Assembly: GCA_051546255.1 (NCBI GenBank)
Contig: CP128816.1
Span: forward strand, 1,798,001-1,862,000
DNA from: Meyerozyma guilliermondii
Taxonomy: Eukaryota
Direction of reading: 5' to 3'
DNA length: 64,000 nucleotides
Below the pieces are notes generated by a model, which searched no databases, was not told the origin of the DNA, and saw only the letters and a program-made list of their open reading frames with translations. Made by a program: the position numbers and the translations under genes. This document shows positions 22,161 to 32,979 of the stretch, one piece after another (position 1 is the first letter of the stretch; the number at the start of each line of letters is the position of its first letter).

Positions 22161-22943
22161 ATGGCTCCAAAAGGAAAGAAGGTTGCTGCTGCACCATTAG
22201 GATCCAAGTCTACCAAGACTGCCAGTGCCAAGAACCCATTGATTGAGTCCACTCCAAAGAACTTTGGTATTGGTCAATCTGTTCAGCCAAAGAGAAACGT
22301 CTCCAGATTTGTGAAATGGCCTGAATACATCAGATTGCAAAGACAAAAGAAGATTCTTTCTTTGAGATTGAAGGTTCCTCCAGCACTCTCCCAGTTCCAA
22401 AACACTTTGGACAAGAACACCGCTGCTCAAGCTTTGAAATTGTTCAACAAGTACAGACCAGAGACCGCTGCTGAGAAGAAGGAGAGATTGACCAAGGAGG
22501 CTGCTGCCGTCGCTGAGGGTAAGTCTGCCAAGGACGCTTCTCCAAAGCCCGTTGTTGTCAAGTACGGATTGAACCACGTTGTTTCTTTGGTTGAAAACAA
22601 GAAGGCCAAGTTGGTTTTGATTGCCAACGACGTCGACCCTATCGAGTTGGTTGTTTTCTTGCCAGCTTTGTGTAGAAAGATGGGTGTTCCATACGCCATT
22701 GTCAAGGGTAAGGCTAGATTGGGTACTTTGGTTCACAAGAAGACCTCTTCTGTCGCTGCTTTGACCGAAGTCAACTCTGCTGACGAGGCTGAATTGGCCA
22801 AGTTGATTTCTACTGTCAACGCCAACTTCATCGACAAGTACGAGGAGAACAGAAAGCACTGGGGTGGAGGTATCATGGGCTCCAAGGCCAACGACAAGAT
22901 TGCCAAGAAGGCTAAGACTATGGACGTTAAGCCAGTTCAGTAA
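22161..22943 (+). CDS. RPL8: 60S ribosomal protein L8 (eL8/L7a)
   Basis: [46 protein letters not shown]; strong codon bias. Confidence 0.98.
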   Translation: MAPKGKKVAAAPLGSKSTKTASAKNPLIESTPKNFGIGQSVQPKRNVSRFVKWPEYIRLQRQKKILSLRLKVPPALSQFQNTLDKNTAAQALKLFNKYRPETAAEKKERLTKEAAAVAEGKSAKDASPKPVVVKYGLNHVVSLVENKKAKLVLIANDVDPIELVVFLPALCRKMGVPYAIVKGKARLGTLVHKKTSSVAALTEVNSADEAELAKLISTVNANFIDKYEENRKHWGGGIMGSKANDKIAKKAKTMDVKPVQ

Positions 22944-23101
22944 TATAGTAGGAAGATTGCGTATTAACAATCGTATTGAAAAACATATTGAAAATGTAGG
23001 TTAAAGGAAGATACTTCTACAAGGATCAAGTGCTCTCGGAGGTATATTACATTAGACGGCTGATAATGAATGGTCTTCACTTCCCATCTCTCGTTATCGA
23101 T

Positions 23102-23145
23102 GCACGTGACCGATTGAATCCGGGTAACGAGCGCGCTCGACCAAT
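23102..23145. promoter_or_regulatory. QCR6 promoter: Cbf1 site, Reb1 site and CCAAT (Hap complex) box
   Basis: CACGTGAC 23103-23110, CCGGGTAA 23120-23127, CCAAT 23141-23145. Confidence 0.5.
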
Positions 23146-23183
23146 GGTTTCATTGACTTTTCTCACCAACTGAAAAACCAACC

Positions 23184-23682
23184 ATGTCATTTATCAAGGA
23201 TTTGTGGGAGTATGCCGTTCCCGTAGCATATGCTGACGAGGTATGTATCATTTAACCAACAAGATTCATAACTTCAATTACTAATTCAGCCCGAAGAGTC
23301 CGAGGAGACTCCGGAAGAAGAAACTTCCGATCTGACATCCGGTTCAGACGACTCAGAAGATGCCGAAGGCAATGACGAGGAAGGTGGAGATGAAGAAGGT
23401 GACAACGACGAGGATGAAGACGATGAAGAAGACGAGGACGATGAAGATGAAGAAGAATTGGTTGATCCATTGGATACCATGAGAGAAGAATGCACAAAGT
23501 CCAAGCATTGTCAGCCTTATGTGCACCATTACGAGGAGTGTGTCGAGCGTGTGACGAAGGCACTGGAAGAGGAGGGATACGAACACCAAGCATACAAGGA
23601 AGACTGTGTAGAGGAGTACTTCCACTTGCAACACTGCGTCAACGACTGTGTCGCACCAAAGTTATTTTACAAGTTGAAATAA
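23184..23682 (+). CDS. QCR6: Cytochrome bc1 hinge subunit Qcr6; exons 23184-23240 and 23290-23682
   Basis: Exon 1 reads MSFIKDLWEYAVPVAYADE. The 49-nt intron is GTATGT...TACTAAT.CAG. Exon 2 has an acidic tract, then DPLDTMREEC...CVERV...EDCVEEYFHLQHCVNDCVAPKLFYKLK; frames join correctly. Confidence 0.93.
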
Positions 23683-23887
23683 GCATAAAATAGAATGCGC
23701 ATGAAGTAAGAGTAGTGGATCGTGTAGTCATTCAATTAATTAGTGGATAAATCAATTCTTAATTTAGTGGTTAGTTTGTTCAGTGCTTGGGCTTGCTGCT
23801 CCTGCACCAACGGGTTGCAAACCGCGTGCAGGCGCTGCCACTATCACTCCGCGACTTCTCGAAAATTTGTCACCATTAACACACATC

Positions 23888-24925
23888 ATGTCCGTAATTG
23901 AAGATAGAATCTACATTGGTAACGTCGACTACAATGCCACTGAGGAAGAATTACGTGAATTCTTCGCCAACTCTGGTGTCAAGAGTATCGAAATTCCTTC
24001 CAAGACCTTAATGCGTGGCAAAAAGGAAATCACGCGTCGACTTGGATTTGCATTTGTCCTGTTTGAATCCAAGGAGGCAGCGGATAAAGCGGTAGAGGAG
24101 TTCAATGACAAGCAGTTTAAGAGCCGCAAGATATTTGTGAAAAAAGCGGTTCCGCCACCTACAGAGGAGGAAAAGTTGAAGAAAACCGAGGAGTATAAAG
24201 CCAAAAAAGCTGCTCGTCAAAAGGAAAAAGCTGCCAAGCAAGCCGCCGCAGTGGCAAATGGTGACCTGTCGGTAGAAACCACCGCAGCGGCCGGCGAAAC
24301 CTCTGCTTTGGCTGCCAATGGCGACAAGGGAGTCCATGATGACAAGTCAATTAATGCCAGCGCCACCGGATCATCACCAGCACCAAGGAAGAAGAAAACC
24401 AGAAAACCAAAGAAAAAGGTTGTGGCGGATACCGAAGCAGCCTCTGAGCCTAATACCTCGGATTCTGCTGCTGCCAACACCCCAGAAACTGCAGCTACCA
24501 CCCCAGGCAGTGCTCCGAAGGCTCCAGAAGGAACGCCGTCCCCAGATACCGTCTTCATCACCAACTTACACTACCAAGTCCGTCAACGTGCCCTCATCAG
24601 CCATTTCAAGGAATTGAAGCCCAAATGGGTGCATGTACCTCTTCGTAGGGTTCCTTACCGAAACAGAAAGGATGGCAAGAAGGCAACCATCTTTAACAAG
24701 GGTATTGCGTTCATCAAGTTCCCCAATCACGAGGTACAACAAGAGGCTATTAGCAAGTTCAACGGCCACGAAATTGAGGGCAGGGCCATCATCGTGGAGG
24801 TTGCCATTGACACCAAGGAAAAGGCTGCTGAAAGAGAAGCTAACGGCGCAGTAGAAGAAAGTACCAACGAAGTCAAGGAAACCGGAGACAAAGCTGCTGC
24901 CTCTGAGGTGCCTGCCTCAGCATAA
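23888..24925 (+). CDS. Two-RRM RNA-binding protein (Sbp1/Rrt5-like)
   Basis: RNP2 IYIGNV with RNP1 LGFAFV; second RRM VFITNL...KGIAFIKF. Confidence 0.8.
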   Translation: MSVIEDRIYIGNVDYNATEEELREFFANSGVKSIEIPSKTLMRGKKEITRRLGFAFVLFESKEAADKAVEEFNDKQFKSRKIFVKKAVPPPTEEEKLKKTEEYKAKKAARQKEKAAKQAAAVANGDLSVETTAAAGETSALAANGDKGVHDDKSINASATGSSPAPRKKKTRKPKKKVVADTEAASEPNTSDSAAANTPETAATTPGSAPKAPEGTPSPDTVFITNLHYQVRQRALISHFKELKPKWVHVPLRRVPYRNRKDGKKATIFNKGIAFIKFPNHEVQQEAISKFNGHEIEGRAIIVEVAIDTKEKAAEREANGAVEESTNEVKETGDKAAASEVPASA

Positions 24926-25593
24926 CTACCGTGTACATAGCGTGTAGAATAGCACAAAAGTTACAAGTTGTAGTCAACCATCAGTAGTCAACTTCCACAC
25001 TTTTCACACTTTTCACACCTTTCACACCTTTCCCATCGCTATCAGAAGTAGATGCCACTATTAATCTCTCTTTCCTATTCTCTCCGCTTTAACACTTTCT
25101 GCTTCACCAGGTTATCGTCGCCGTTCGATACTGCATAGTCTAATCTCCATTCGAAGCACGGCACTATAGTTGCAACCATAAGATAAAGAATTCTGGCCAA
25201 TTGTCTAGCCATTGAGTCTTTGGAACACTAAAACCAAAACCTGATGGTATTACTCATTCTGATACATTTTCCTTTCTTCCTCTAAAAATAACCTTCCCCA
25301 CTATGACTCTTATCACCTCATCGCGGATATGCCGTGCAGAAGCGGCGCGCGCTACGAAACTCCTGAGAGCGAATTTCATTCATTTTTCATTTATCCCTTT
25401 TCCACAACGGTCGTACTAGTACACAGTTAGCTCCAGAAAAAGGGGATAGAGTGCTAATTATCATATATTCAAATTAGAACTTGCTAGAAGCTATATCCTG
25501 CTAGAAGCTACATCTTGCTGAAAAAAAACTACCCTTCATTAACACAACTAATTTTTACGTATTTTCTACGTCATCTATTCTTCCTTGAAAACA

Positions 25594-28500
25594 ATGCTGT
25601 GTCCCTTGTGGGTCTACGACGATGTTACCGTCTGCTTTAGACACCAAGTTCTCGAGTACTGGTACCCTATCGTGGTTGGTGGAGCTTCTGTCGTTATATT
25701 ACTTTGGCGTATAGTGGCTTCCTTGACAAAGAAAAAGGGCTCCATTCGACTTGATGACGAGACTAGACCATTATTGGCATCCAACAACACCCAGAACGAG
25801 ACCGGGGCAACAGAAGACTCTGTGAAAAGTCGACACTTTGACCTCGTACGACTCTCCGATACCGGCCCCGATGATAAACCCCGAGGACATTTTCAGGTAA
25901 TTAAAAAGAGCACCTTTGAGCGATTGCGGGTGTGCTTGGAATTCGTTCTCGTGGCCTTTGAGCTCGCCTATGCCATTGCTGTGTTTTTCCTTCCCTCTCT
26001 TAGCAAAGAATGGAAACAACCAGCTATTCCTATCGTTCACTTGGCATTGTGGGGCTATTTATTCGTCCTTGTGTTGATTCGTACTATCAATCTTAATCAG
26101 GTTAACATCAAATTACCAGGTTTGTGGCGCCATTCTACTTTCCTTTATGCTTTCAACTTTTTACCTGCGGTGATCACTTTTAGATCGGCATTGCTCGGAC
26201 ATGTCAAGAGCGAAGAGTCCAAGTGGTTCTATGTGGGCCATTTCATTGCTTCGACGTTGCTTCTTTTCCTTAATCTTACTTCTACAACTGGTGACAAACC
26301 AGCAAGACTTTTCTACCCAGCTGATGGTTCTGCTCCATCACCCGAAAGAGTTACCAGTGTTCTTAGTTTTATCACCTACTCTTGGCTCGATAAGATGGTT
26401 TGGGGTGCTTACAAGAATGGAGGAGTCGAAAAGAGTGATATTTGGGGATTGAGCGACGACGATTACGCTTTACCAGTTTTGAAGTCTTTCGAGGCGATGA
26501 AATCCACTGCCAGTTTCTCATGGCGGTTGTTCGCTCATTTCAAGTATTTGTTTGCATTTCAAGGTTTTTTCGCCATTTGTGAATCTATCTTGATTTTTGG
26601 TCCTTCTCTTTTGTTGAAAAAGCTTTTAGAATACGTTCAAGACCCTTCGGCTTACCCAGTCAGCGTTGCTTGGGGATTTGTTCTTCTCATGCCTATCGTC
26701 AAGATTTTTGACTCATTTTGCTCAGGCTGTTCTTTGTTCATGGGAAGAAGAGTGTGTGTTAGAATGAGAGCTATCATTATTGGTGAAGTTTACGCTAAAG
26801 CTCTTAGAAGAAGAATTACCGTAGCAGACGATACTGAAGAGGAAAAGGACCAAAAAGCCGACAAGAAGGAAAAGAAGAAAGACAAGGAAGGTGAAGAACC
26901 TAGTGAAAAAACTGCCGAATTAGGTGCTATCATCAATCTTATGGCTATTGATGCCTTTAAAGTTTCTGAAATTTGTGGCTACCTTCACTTCTTCGTGAGT
27001 GCCTTGTTGCTGATTTTTATTTGTGTGTTTTTCTTGTATACCCTTTTGGGTTACAGTGCTTTGATTGGTTCTTTGTCAATCATTTGCTTGCTTCCTGTGA
27101 ACTACAAAATTGCCCTGTACTTGGGTGAATTGCAAAAACGTATGTTGGCTGTGACTGATAAGAGAATCCAGAAGATGAATGAAACCTTCCAAAGTATTCG
27201 TATTGTCAAATTCTTTGCTTGGGAAAACAAGTTTTTCGAATCCATTATGGACATTAGAAATGATGAGTTGAAGAAATTGAAACATAGAAGTGTGGTGTGG
27301 GTTGCTGGTGGATTTGTGTGGTTCATGACCCCCACTCTTGTGACCTTGTTCTCATTCTATATTTTCACAATCATTCAGGGTAATACTTTGACTGCGCCAA
27401 TTGCTTTCACTTCCCTTTCGTTATTCACGCTCTTGAGATCACCATTAGATCAATTGTCTGATATGACTTCTTTTGTCATGCAATCCAAGGCATCTCTTGA
27501 CAGAGTGGATGACTTTTTGAATGAGCCAGAAACGAACAAGTATGAACAACTCAAAGCACCAAAATTGCCAGATGATCCAGTTGCTGGATTCAAGGGTGCA
27601 TCGTTCTCTTGGAATCCAAACTCGGAAAATGACTTTAAGCTTCGTGATATTTCCATCGATTTCCAGATTGGAAAGTTGAACGTTATTATTGGTCCTACTG
27701 GATCAGGAAAGACCTCGCTTTTGTTGGCTTTACTCGGAGAAATGCACTTGACTAGAGGTGAAGTGTTTTTACCTGGCTTTATTCCTCGTCACGAGCTTGT
27801 AATTGACCCAAATACTGGGTTGACTGATTCGGTTGCATACTGCTCTCAGTCACCTTGGTTGCTTAACGACACCATTCGTAACAATATTTTGTTTTCTGCG
27901 CCTTTTAACCAAGAGAGATATACTAAAGTCATTGAAGCTTGTGGATTGAAGCGTGATCTTGAAATCCTTGCTGCTGGAGATTCCACAGAAATCGGTGAAA
28001 AGGGAATTACGTTATCTGGGGGACAAAAGCAAAGAGTGTCCTTAGCAAGAGCTTTATACTCCAACTCGAAACACGTTCTTTTGGATGACTGTTTGTCTGC
28101 TGTTGACTCCCATACCGCTTTGTGGATATACGAAAACTGTATTTCTGGGCCATTGATGAACAACAGAACATGTATCTTAGTGTCGCACAATGTTGCCTTA
28201 ACTGTTCAAAAGGCCGATTGGATTGTTGTGATGAACAATGGACGAATTGAAAAGCAAGGAACTCCTCTGGATTTGTTAGACAGTGGACATTTGGGAGAAG
28301 ATGAATTGGTGAAGTCTTCTATTATGAATTCAAGAAATCAATCCAGTACAGACCTCAAAGGTTTGGAAGACAAGAATGCTGACATGAATGCCAAGGCGAA
28401 TGCAATTGAGGCCAAATTAAAGGCAATCGCCGGAGAAGAGACAGAAGGAGTGGCACCACACGACGGTAAGTTGACTGAAGAAGAAACCAAGGCAGAAGGT

Positions 28501-30477
28501 GTTGTGGACTTTAAAGTCTACAAATGGTTCATGGGAACTTTGGGTGGCTTCTTCACATGGTTTAGAATTCTCCTTATGTTCGTTATTTCACAGGGCACAT
28601 TTATCTTTCAGTCTTGGTGGTTGAGGAACTGGTCGTTGCACAGTGAAAGTTCCGCTGAGAACTACTTGGCTTCAACCGTGAATGCATTGTCAGGCCGCAC
28701 TATTGGTGATATTATTGGAGTCAGTAATTTCCTGGTGGTTCGTGGAGCGAATAACATTTTCATGCTTGGAATCTCAAAAGCTGGAGGAGATCCAGAAAAT
28801 ACCGCCGTATACTACATTGCCATTTATGGACTCATTGGATTGATTTACGGCGTCACTGCATGTCTCAGAATCTACGTTGTGTTTTTCGCTGGTATCGATG
28901 CCGCAAACATGATCTTTAAACAGGTACTTACCAACGTTCTTTACGCCAAATTACGCTTCTTTGACAAAACACCTATTGGTCGTATCATGAACAGGTTCTC
29001 CAAAGATATTGAATCTGTAGATCAGGAACTTACTCCTTGTGCAGAGGGTGTCTTTGGTTGTGTTGTCGCATGTGTCTCCACCTTGATGCTTATTGCTGTA
29101 ATCACGCCTGGCTTTTTGTTCTTCGCATTCCTCATCGGAATCCTTTACTACTTGGTTGGCTACTTCTACATGTCATTATCGAGAGAGTTGAAGCGTTTCG
29201 AGTCAATTACAAAGTCTCCTATTCATCAACACTTTTCCGAATCGTTGACTGGAGTTGCTACCATCAGAGCTTACGGAGTGGAAACAAGATATATGAAGGA
29301 GAACTTGGCGGCCGTGGATACCAACAACAGACCATTCTTTTACTTGTGGGTAGCCAACAGATGGTTTGCATTCCGTAACGATTTGGTTGGATCTTTGGTT
29401 ATGCTCACATCTGGTATTTTTGTCCTTCTTTCTGTTGGAAAAATTGATGCTGGACTCGCCGGTTTATCCATGTCTTATGCTATCAGTTTCTCCGAAAATG
29501 CCTTATGGATTGTGCGGTTGTATGCCAATGTTGAAATGAACATGAACTCGGTGGAACGTTTGCGTGAATACTTGGTGATTGAACAAGAAGAACCGGCTGA
29601 AATTCCCGAAACTAAACCTAGAAAATCCTGGCCTGAACGTGGTGAGATTTCTGTTCGGGATGTGTCTTTGAGATATGCTCCGGAATTACCTCGTGTGATC
29701 AAAAATGTCACATTTGATGTTGAACCGAATAACAAGGTTGGTATTGTTGGTCGTACCGGTGCTGGAAAATCTACAATTATCACAGCATTCTTCCGTTTCT
29801 TGGATCCTGAAACAGGAACCATCACAATTGATGGTGTCGATATCAGTAAAATTGGATTACGTGACTTGAGACAAGCTATAACAATCATTCCTCAAGACCC
29901 AACATTGTTCACAGGAACAATCCGGTCAAACTTGGACTTATTTGAACAGTACAGCGATGCTGAGATCTACGAAGCTTTACGCCGTGTGAACTTGATCTCT
30001 CGTGAAGAGTTGAACGATCTTGATGCTGCCAAAGCTTTGCAAGAAGGTGAAAATGCAAACAAGTTTTTGAACCTCGATTCACAAGTCAGTGAAGGAGGAG
30101 GAAACTTATCGCAAGGTCAACGCCAGCTTATGTGTTTGGCTAGAAGTTTGTTGAAGAGCCCAAAGGTGATTCTCTTGGACGAGGCTACAGCTTCTATTGA
30201 CTACAAATCCGACGCCATGATTCAAAACACCATTCGTGAAGAGTTCGGCAACTCCACGATCTTAACTATCGCTCACAGATTACGGTCTATTATCGATTAC
30301 GATCGTATCTTGGTCATGGACGCTGGAAAGGTTGTCGAATATGACGATCCTTATGTGTTGATTGCAGATAAGAGCTCATTGTTCTACAGTATGTGTGAAA
30401 ATAGTGGTGAACTTGACGTGCTCACACAGCTTGCAAAGGAGTCTTTTGTTGCCAAAAAGAACAAATCTCAAAAATAA
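25594..30477 (+). CDS. YBT1: ABCC/MRP-family ABC transporter (Ybt1/Bat1-like bile acid transporter)
   Basis: N-terminal TMD0; Walker A motifs GPTGSGKT and GRTGAGKS; signatures LSGGQKQR and LSQGQRQL; DSHTALWIY. Confidence 0.85.
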   Translation: MLCPLWVYDDVTVCFRHQVLEYWYPIVVGGASVVILLWRIVASLTKKKGSIRLDDETRPLLASNNTQNETGATEDSVKSRHFDLVRLSDTGPDDKPRGHFQVIKKSTFERLRVCLEFVLVAFELAYAIAVFFLPSLSKEWKQPAIPIVHLALWGYLFVLVLIRTINLNQVNIKLPGLWRHSTFLYAFNFLPAVITFRSALLGHVKSEESKWFYVGHFIASTLLLFLNLTSTTGDKPARLFYPADGSAPSPERVTSVLSFITYSWLDKMVWGAYKNGGVEKSDIWGLSDDDYALPVLKSFEAMKSTASFSWRLFAHFKYLFAFQGFFAICESILIFGPSLLLKKLLEYVQDPSAYPVSVAWGFVLLMPIVKIFDSFCSGCSLFMGRRVCVRMRAIIIGEVYAKALRRRITVADDTEEEKDQKADKKEKKKDKEGEEPSEKTAELGAIINLMAIDAFKVSEICGYLHFFVSALLLIFICVFFLYTLLGYSALIGSLSIICLLPVNYKIALYLGELQKRMLAVTDKRIQKMNETFQSIRIVKFFAWENKFFESIMDIRNDELKKLKHRSVVWVAGGFVWFMTPTLVTLFSFYIFTIIQGNTLTAPIAFTSLSLFTLLRSPLDQLSDMTSFVMQSKASLDRVDDFLNEPETNKYEQLKAPKLPDDPVAGFKGASFSWNPNSENDFKLRDISIDFQIGKLNVIIGPTGSGKTSLLLALLGEMHLTRGEVFLPGFIPRHELVIDPNTGLTDSVAYCSQSPWLLNDTIRNNILFSAPFNQERYTKVIEACGLKRDLEILAAGDSTEIGEKGITLSGGQKQRVSLARALYSNSKHVLLDDCLSAVDSHTALWIYENCISGPLMNNRTCILVSHNVALTVQKADWIVVMNNGRIEKQGTPLDLLDSGHLGEDELVKSSIMNSRNQSSTDLKGLEDKNADMNAKANAIEAKLKAIAGEETEGVAPHDGKLTEEETKAEGVVDFKVYKWFMGTLGGFFTWFRILLMFVISQGTFIFQSWWLRNWSLHSESSAENYLASTVNALSGRTIGDIIGVSNFLVVRGANNIFMLGISKAGGDPENTAVYYIAIYGLIGLIYGVTACLRIYVVFFAGIDAANMIFKQVLTNVLYAKLRFFDKTPIGRIMNRFSKDIESVDQELTPCAEGVFGCVVACVSTLMLIAVITPGFLFFAFLIGILYYLVGYFYMSLSRELKRFESITKSPIHQHFSESLTGVATIRAYGVETRYMKENLAAVDTNNRPFFYLWVANRWFAFRNDLVGSLVMLTSGIFVLLSVGKIDAGLAGLSMSYAISFSENALWIVRLYANVEMNMNSVERLREYLVIEQEEPAEIPETKPRKSWPERGEISVRDVSLRYAPELPRVIKNVTFDVEPNNKVGIVGRTGAGKSTIITAFFRFLDPETGTITIDGVDISKIGLRDLRQAITIIPQDPTLFTGTIRSNLDLFEQYSDAEIYEALRRVNLISREELNDLDAAKALQEGENANKFLNLDSQVSEGGGNLSQGQRQLMCLARSLLKSPKVILLDEATASIDYKSDAMIQNTIREEFGNSTILTIAHRLRSIIDYDRILVMDAGKVVEYDDPYVLIADKSSLFYSMCENSGELDVLTQLAKESFVAKKNKSQK

Positions 30478-30515
30478 TATATATGCGATATAGATGTCAA
30501 ATGTAATGCATTTGA

Positions 30516-30579
30516 TTGTGTGGCTTGTGTGGCTCTCTTACGTAAGGCTTATCAAGTCAATTTCAACACTTGCTGATAA
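30516..30579. promoter_or_regulatory. Compact MUP3 promoter: tandem Met31/32-like TGTGGC, a TTACGTAA palindrome and two GATA sites
   Basis: TTGTGTGGC twice at 30516-30533, CTTACGTAAG 30537-30546, CTTATC 30548-30553, GATAA 30575-30579. Confidence 0.5.
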
Positions 30580-30592
30580 AGGTCGCGGGTAG

Positions 30593-32176
30593 ATGTATGA
30601 TCGGCTCCCAAGCGAACCTCTCGTAGACGATGTTATAATTCCGTCAGAGGCACCCAAGTCTCCCATTCTTCCCAATGAGGATGTCTTGTTTCTTCAGGAC
30701 TTGGAAGACGTTCCTCAAGGTCGTCATCTAGGATTATTTTCAACCATCGTACTTTTTGTTGCCAGGATGGTTGGATCTGGTATTTTTGCAACATCCAGTG
30801 GAATATTCCAGGATTCGGGAAGATCACCGTTTTGGTTCTTTATGGCGTGGATAGTAGCAGCATTGCTTTCTTTTGCCGGCTTGTATGTGTACTTGGAATT
30901 GGGATCATTGGTCCCTCGAAGTGGAGGCACCAAACCGTTTCTAGAGTTCATCTATAATCGACCTAAAATGATGGTCAGCGTTGTGTTTCTGATGTTCTCT
31001 GTGATGTTCGGAGTCACCATCCTGAATATTTTGGTGTTTGGGGAATACTTTTGTTATTCAGTTGGCATAAATCCAACAGACTTTCTGATTCGGCTCTCTG
31101 GGCTCTTATTTTTATTCCTCGCTACCACCATCCATGGCATCAGCGTGAGCCATGGTATAAGAGTACAGAACATATTGGGGGCATTAAAGTTGGGCCTTCT
31201 TGCGGCAATGATCATAACGGGAGTTTATGCTGTTTTTGTTCCCTCATCAATTTCCCACATTGATTCAAATCTTCATTGGGACACCTTTTTTAAAGTTCCC
31301 GGCACTTTTACAGCCTCATCGTTTTCCTCAGCGGTAATTAGGGCCACTTTTGCATTTTCCGGATGGAATACAGTCCACACCGTTTCTAACGAGATTAAAG
31401 ATCCTGTTCGTACCTTTAAAATAGCAGGCCCTGCTTCCTTAATCATCGTCTCCATTACTTACTTGTGGACCAACCTTGCATACTTGGTAGTCATCCCAGA
31501 AAACGAGCTCGTTTCCACGGGACGGTTAGCAGGTTCACTTCTTTTCGAAAAGTTGTTTGGAGTCAATGTTGGTCGAAGACTATTAACATTTTCAATAGCA
31601 ATGAGTGCAGGAGGAAACGTATTTGTTGTTCTCTATACCATATCAAGAGTCAACCAGGAAGTATTCAGGGAGGGATATTTGCCCTTATCTCGCTTTTTTG
31701 CATCCAACTGGCCATTTGGTTCACCTTTTCGATCGTTGCTTTTGAGCTGTGTGCTCAGTACTCTGGTCATTGCATTGTCACCAAAGGGAGATGTATACAA
31801 CTATGTGGTAGCGTTGGAACAATATCCCCAGCAACTATTCATCGCCATGGCAGCCATAGGTGTTTTCATCTTGAGACACAGGTATCCGGATGTCAGAGCG
31901 CCAATTCGTTCCACTCGTATCGGAGCGCTTCTTATCGTCTTGGTTGCTGGCTACCTTCTCATTACCCCTTTCACATCGAAAAGTCCGAACCCTAAAGGGT
32001 TGGAGCAGTGGCCATCTTATGCGCTAGTAGCCATTATATGTCTCCTGATTCCATTTTTTTACTGGCTTGTAATGTTTCATATTGGTCCTAAAGCTGGAGG
32101 ATACACTCTCATGTCAGAAGAAATGCAACTTAGTGACGGACTCACTATCAAGAACTGGGTCAAGATTTATAGATAA
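30593..32176 (+). CDS. MUP3: Low-affinity methionine permease (APC/LAT family)
   Basis: PQGRHLGLFST, MVGSGIF, YLELGSLVPRSGG and FAFSGWN motifs; ~12 TM segments. Confidence 0.8.
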   Translation: MYDRLPSEPLVDDVIIPSEAPKSPILPNEDVLFLQDLEDVPQGRHLGLFSTIVLFVARMVGSGIFATSSGIFQDSGRSPFWFFMAWIVAALLSFAGLYVYLELGSLVPRSGGTKPFLEFIYNRPKMMVSVVFLMFSVMFGVTILNILVFGEYFCYSVGINPTDFLIRLSGLLFLFLATTIHGISVSHGIRVQNILGALKLGLLAAMIITGVYAVFVPSSISHIDSNLHWDTFFKVPGTFTASSFSSAVIRATFAFSGWNTVHTVSNEIKDPVRTFKIAGPASLIIVSITYLWTNLAYLVVIPENELVSTGRLAGSLLFEKLFGVNVGRRLLTFSIAMSAGGNVFVVLYTISRVNQEVFREGYLPLSRFFASNWPFGSPFRSLLLSCVLSTLVIALSPKGDVYNYVVALEQYPQQLFIAMAAIGVFILRHRYPDVRAPIRSTRIGALLIVLVAGYLLITPFTSKSPNPKGLEQWPSYALVAIICLLIPFFYWLVMFHIGPKAGGYTLMSEEMQLSDGLTIKNWVKIYR

Positions 32177-32193
32177 CATTAATAGACATAACT

Positions 32194-32979
32194 TTAGTGC
32201 TCTTGATCGTCAATCATTGTGGCTTCCACCTTTTTGAGTAGCTGGAGAAAGGGCTTTTGCTTTAGTTTTTTCAAAAGCTCAGCCTTAAATTCCGAGTCAG
32301 ACATCGATAGGTCAAAGTGGACATTATTTACTGGCAAAAATTCATTCACTGAACTTGGGTCATAAGCCGGTTCGAGGATATCGCCATAAACCGCGGTACC
32401 TTTATCATGAATAGTTGTGCTTGTATCAGGAACCGAAGTATTTTGAGTAGAAGCAAATGTCAAGCCCTGGCTGAAATTTGAGGTATTATTAGACTGAGTA
32501 TAATCGTTGAATTCGCTGTGAATATCTTGTCCACGAGGCTGCAGACAACTGAATAGTGGCCACATTTGCGAATCGAGAATATCAACAGCCTGACTTGGGC
32601 CCTGGGACGCTCCCTCGGGTGCAGATTGACGTTCCAGGAATTTTAATGGCAAATCCAATCTCTTGATAGCATCACAGCATTTCTCAAACTCAGCTATGTG
32701 TCTAAAATCAACTTGAATTCGCTGATTCACATTTCCTCGAGCCAGAACTTGCTTCACCGCAAGAGAAGGATAGCTCGCGTTGAACGAGAGACAGGATCTT
32801 TTATTCCAATACAATTTCATTAAAGCATCACCTTTCCAATATATCATCACAACACCTCCTCCATCACGTTCAACTACTATATGAAGGGTGAGACTAGATC
32901 TCTGAGGGAAATGTCGCCATGAACCCCCCAGTTCGAGTTTTGAACATTTTCTGATAGTAAAAGTGTTTACCGGTTTCAT
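32194..32979 (-). CDS. REC114: Probable meiotic DSB factor Rec114 (Rec7-like)
   Basis: N-terminal PH-like blocks FTIRKCS...WRHF, PSLAVK and RIQVDF...FEKC; low-complexity S/Q linker; C-terminal helix MSDSEFKAELLKKLKQKPFLQLLKKVE. Confidence 0.65.
   Translation of the reverse strand: MKPVNTFTIRKCSKLELGGSWRHFPQRSSLTLHIVVERDGGGVVMIYWKGDALMKLYWNKRSCLSFNASYPSLAVKQVLARGNVNQRIQVDFRHIAEFEKCCDAIKRLDLPLKFLERQSAPEGASQGPSQAVDILDSQMWPLFSCLQPRGQDIHSEFNDYTQSNNTSNFSQGLTFASTQNTSVPDTSTTIHDKGTAVYGDILEPAYDPSSVNEFLPVNNVHFDLSMSDSEFKAELLKKLKQKPFLQLLKKVEATMIDDQEH

Noticed and set aside
22197..22970. 257-aa antisense ORF over RPL8
   Set aside because: Typical shadow ORF produced by the strong codon bias of a ribosomal protein gene; no recognisable domain.
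24995..25520. Short tandem repeats (TTTCACAC-type; 17-nt TGCTAGAAGCTA.ATC. duplication)
   Set aside because: Low-copy intergenic slippage repeats with no evident function.
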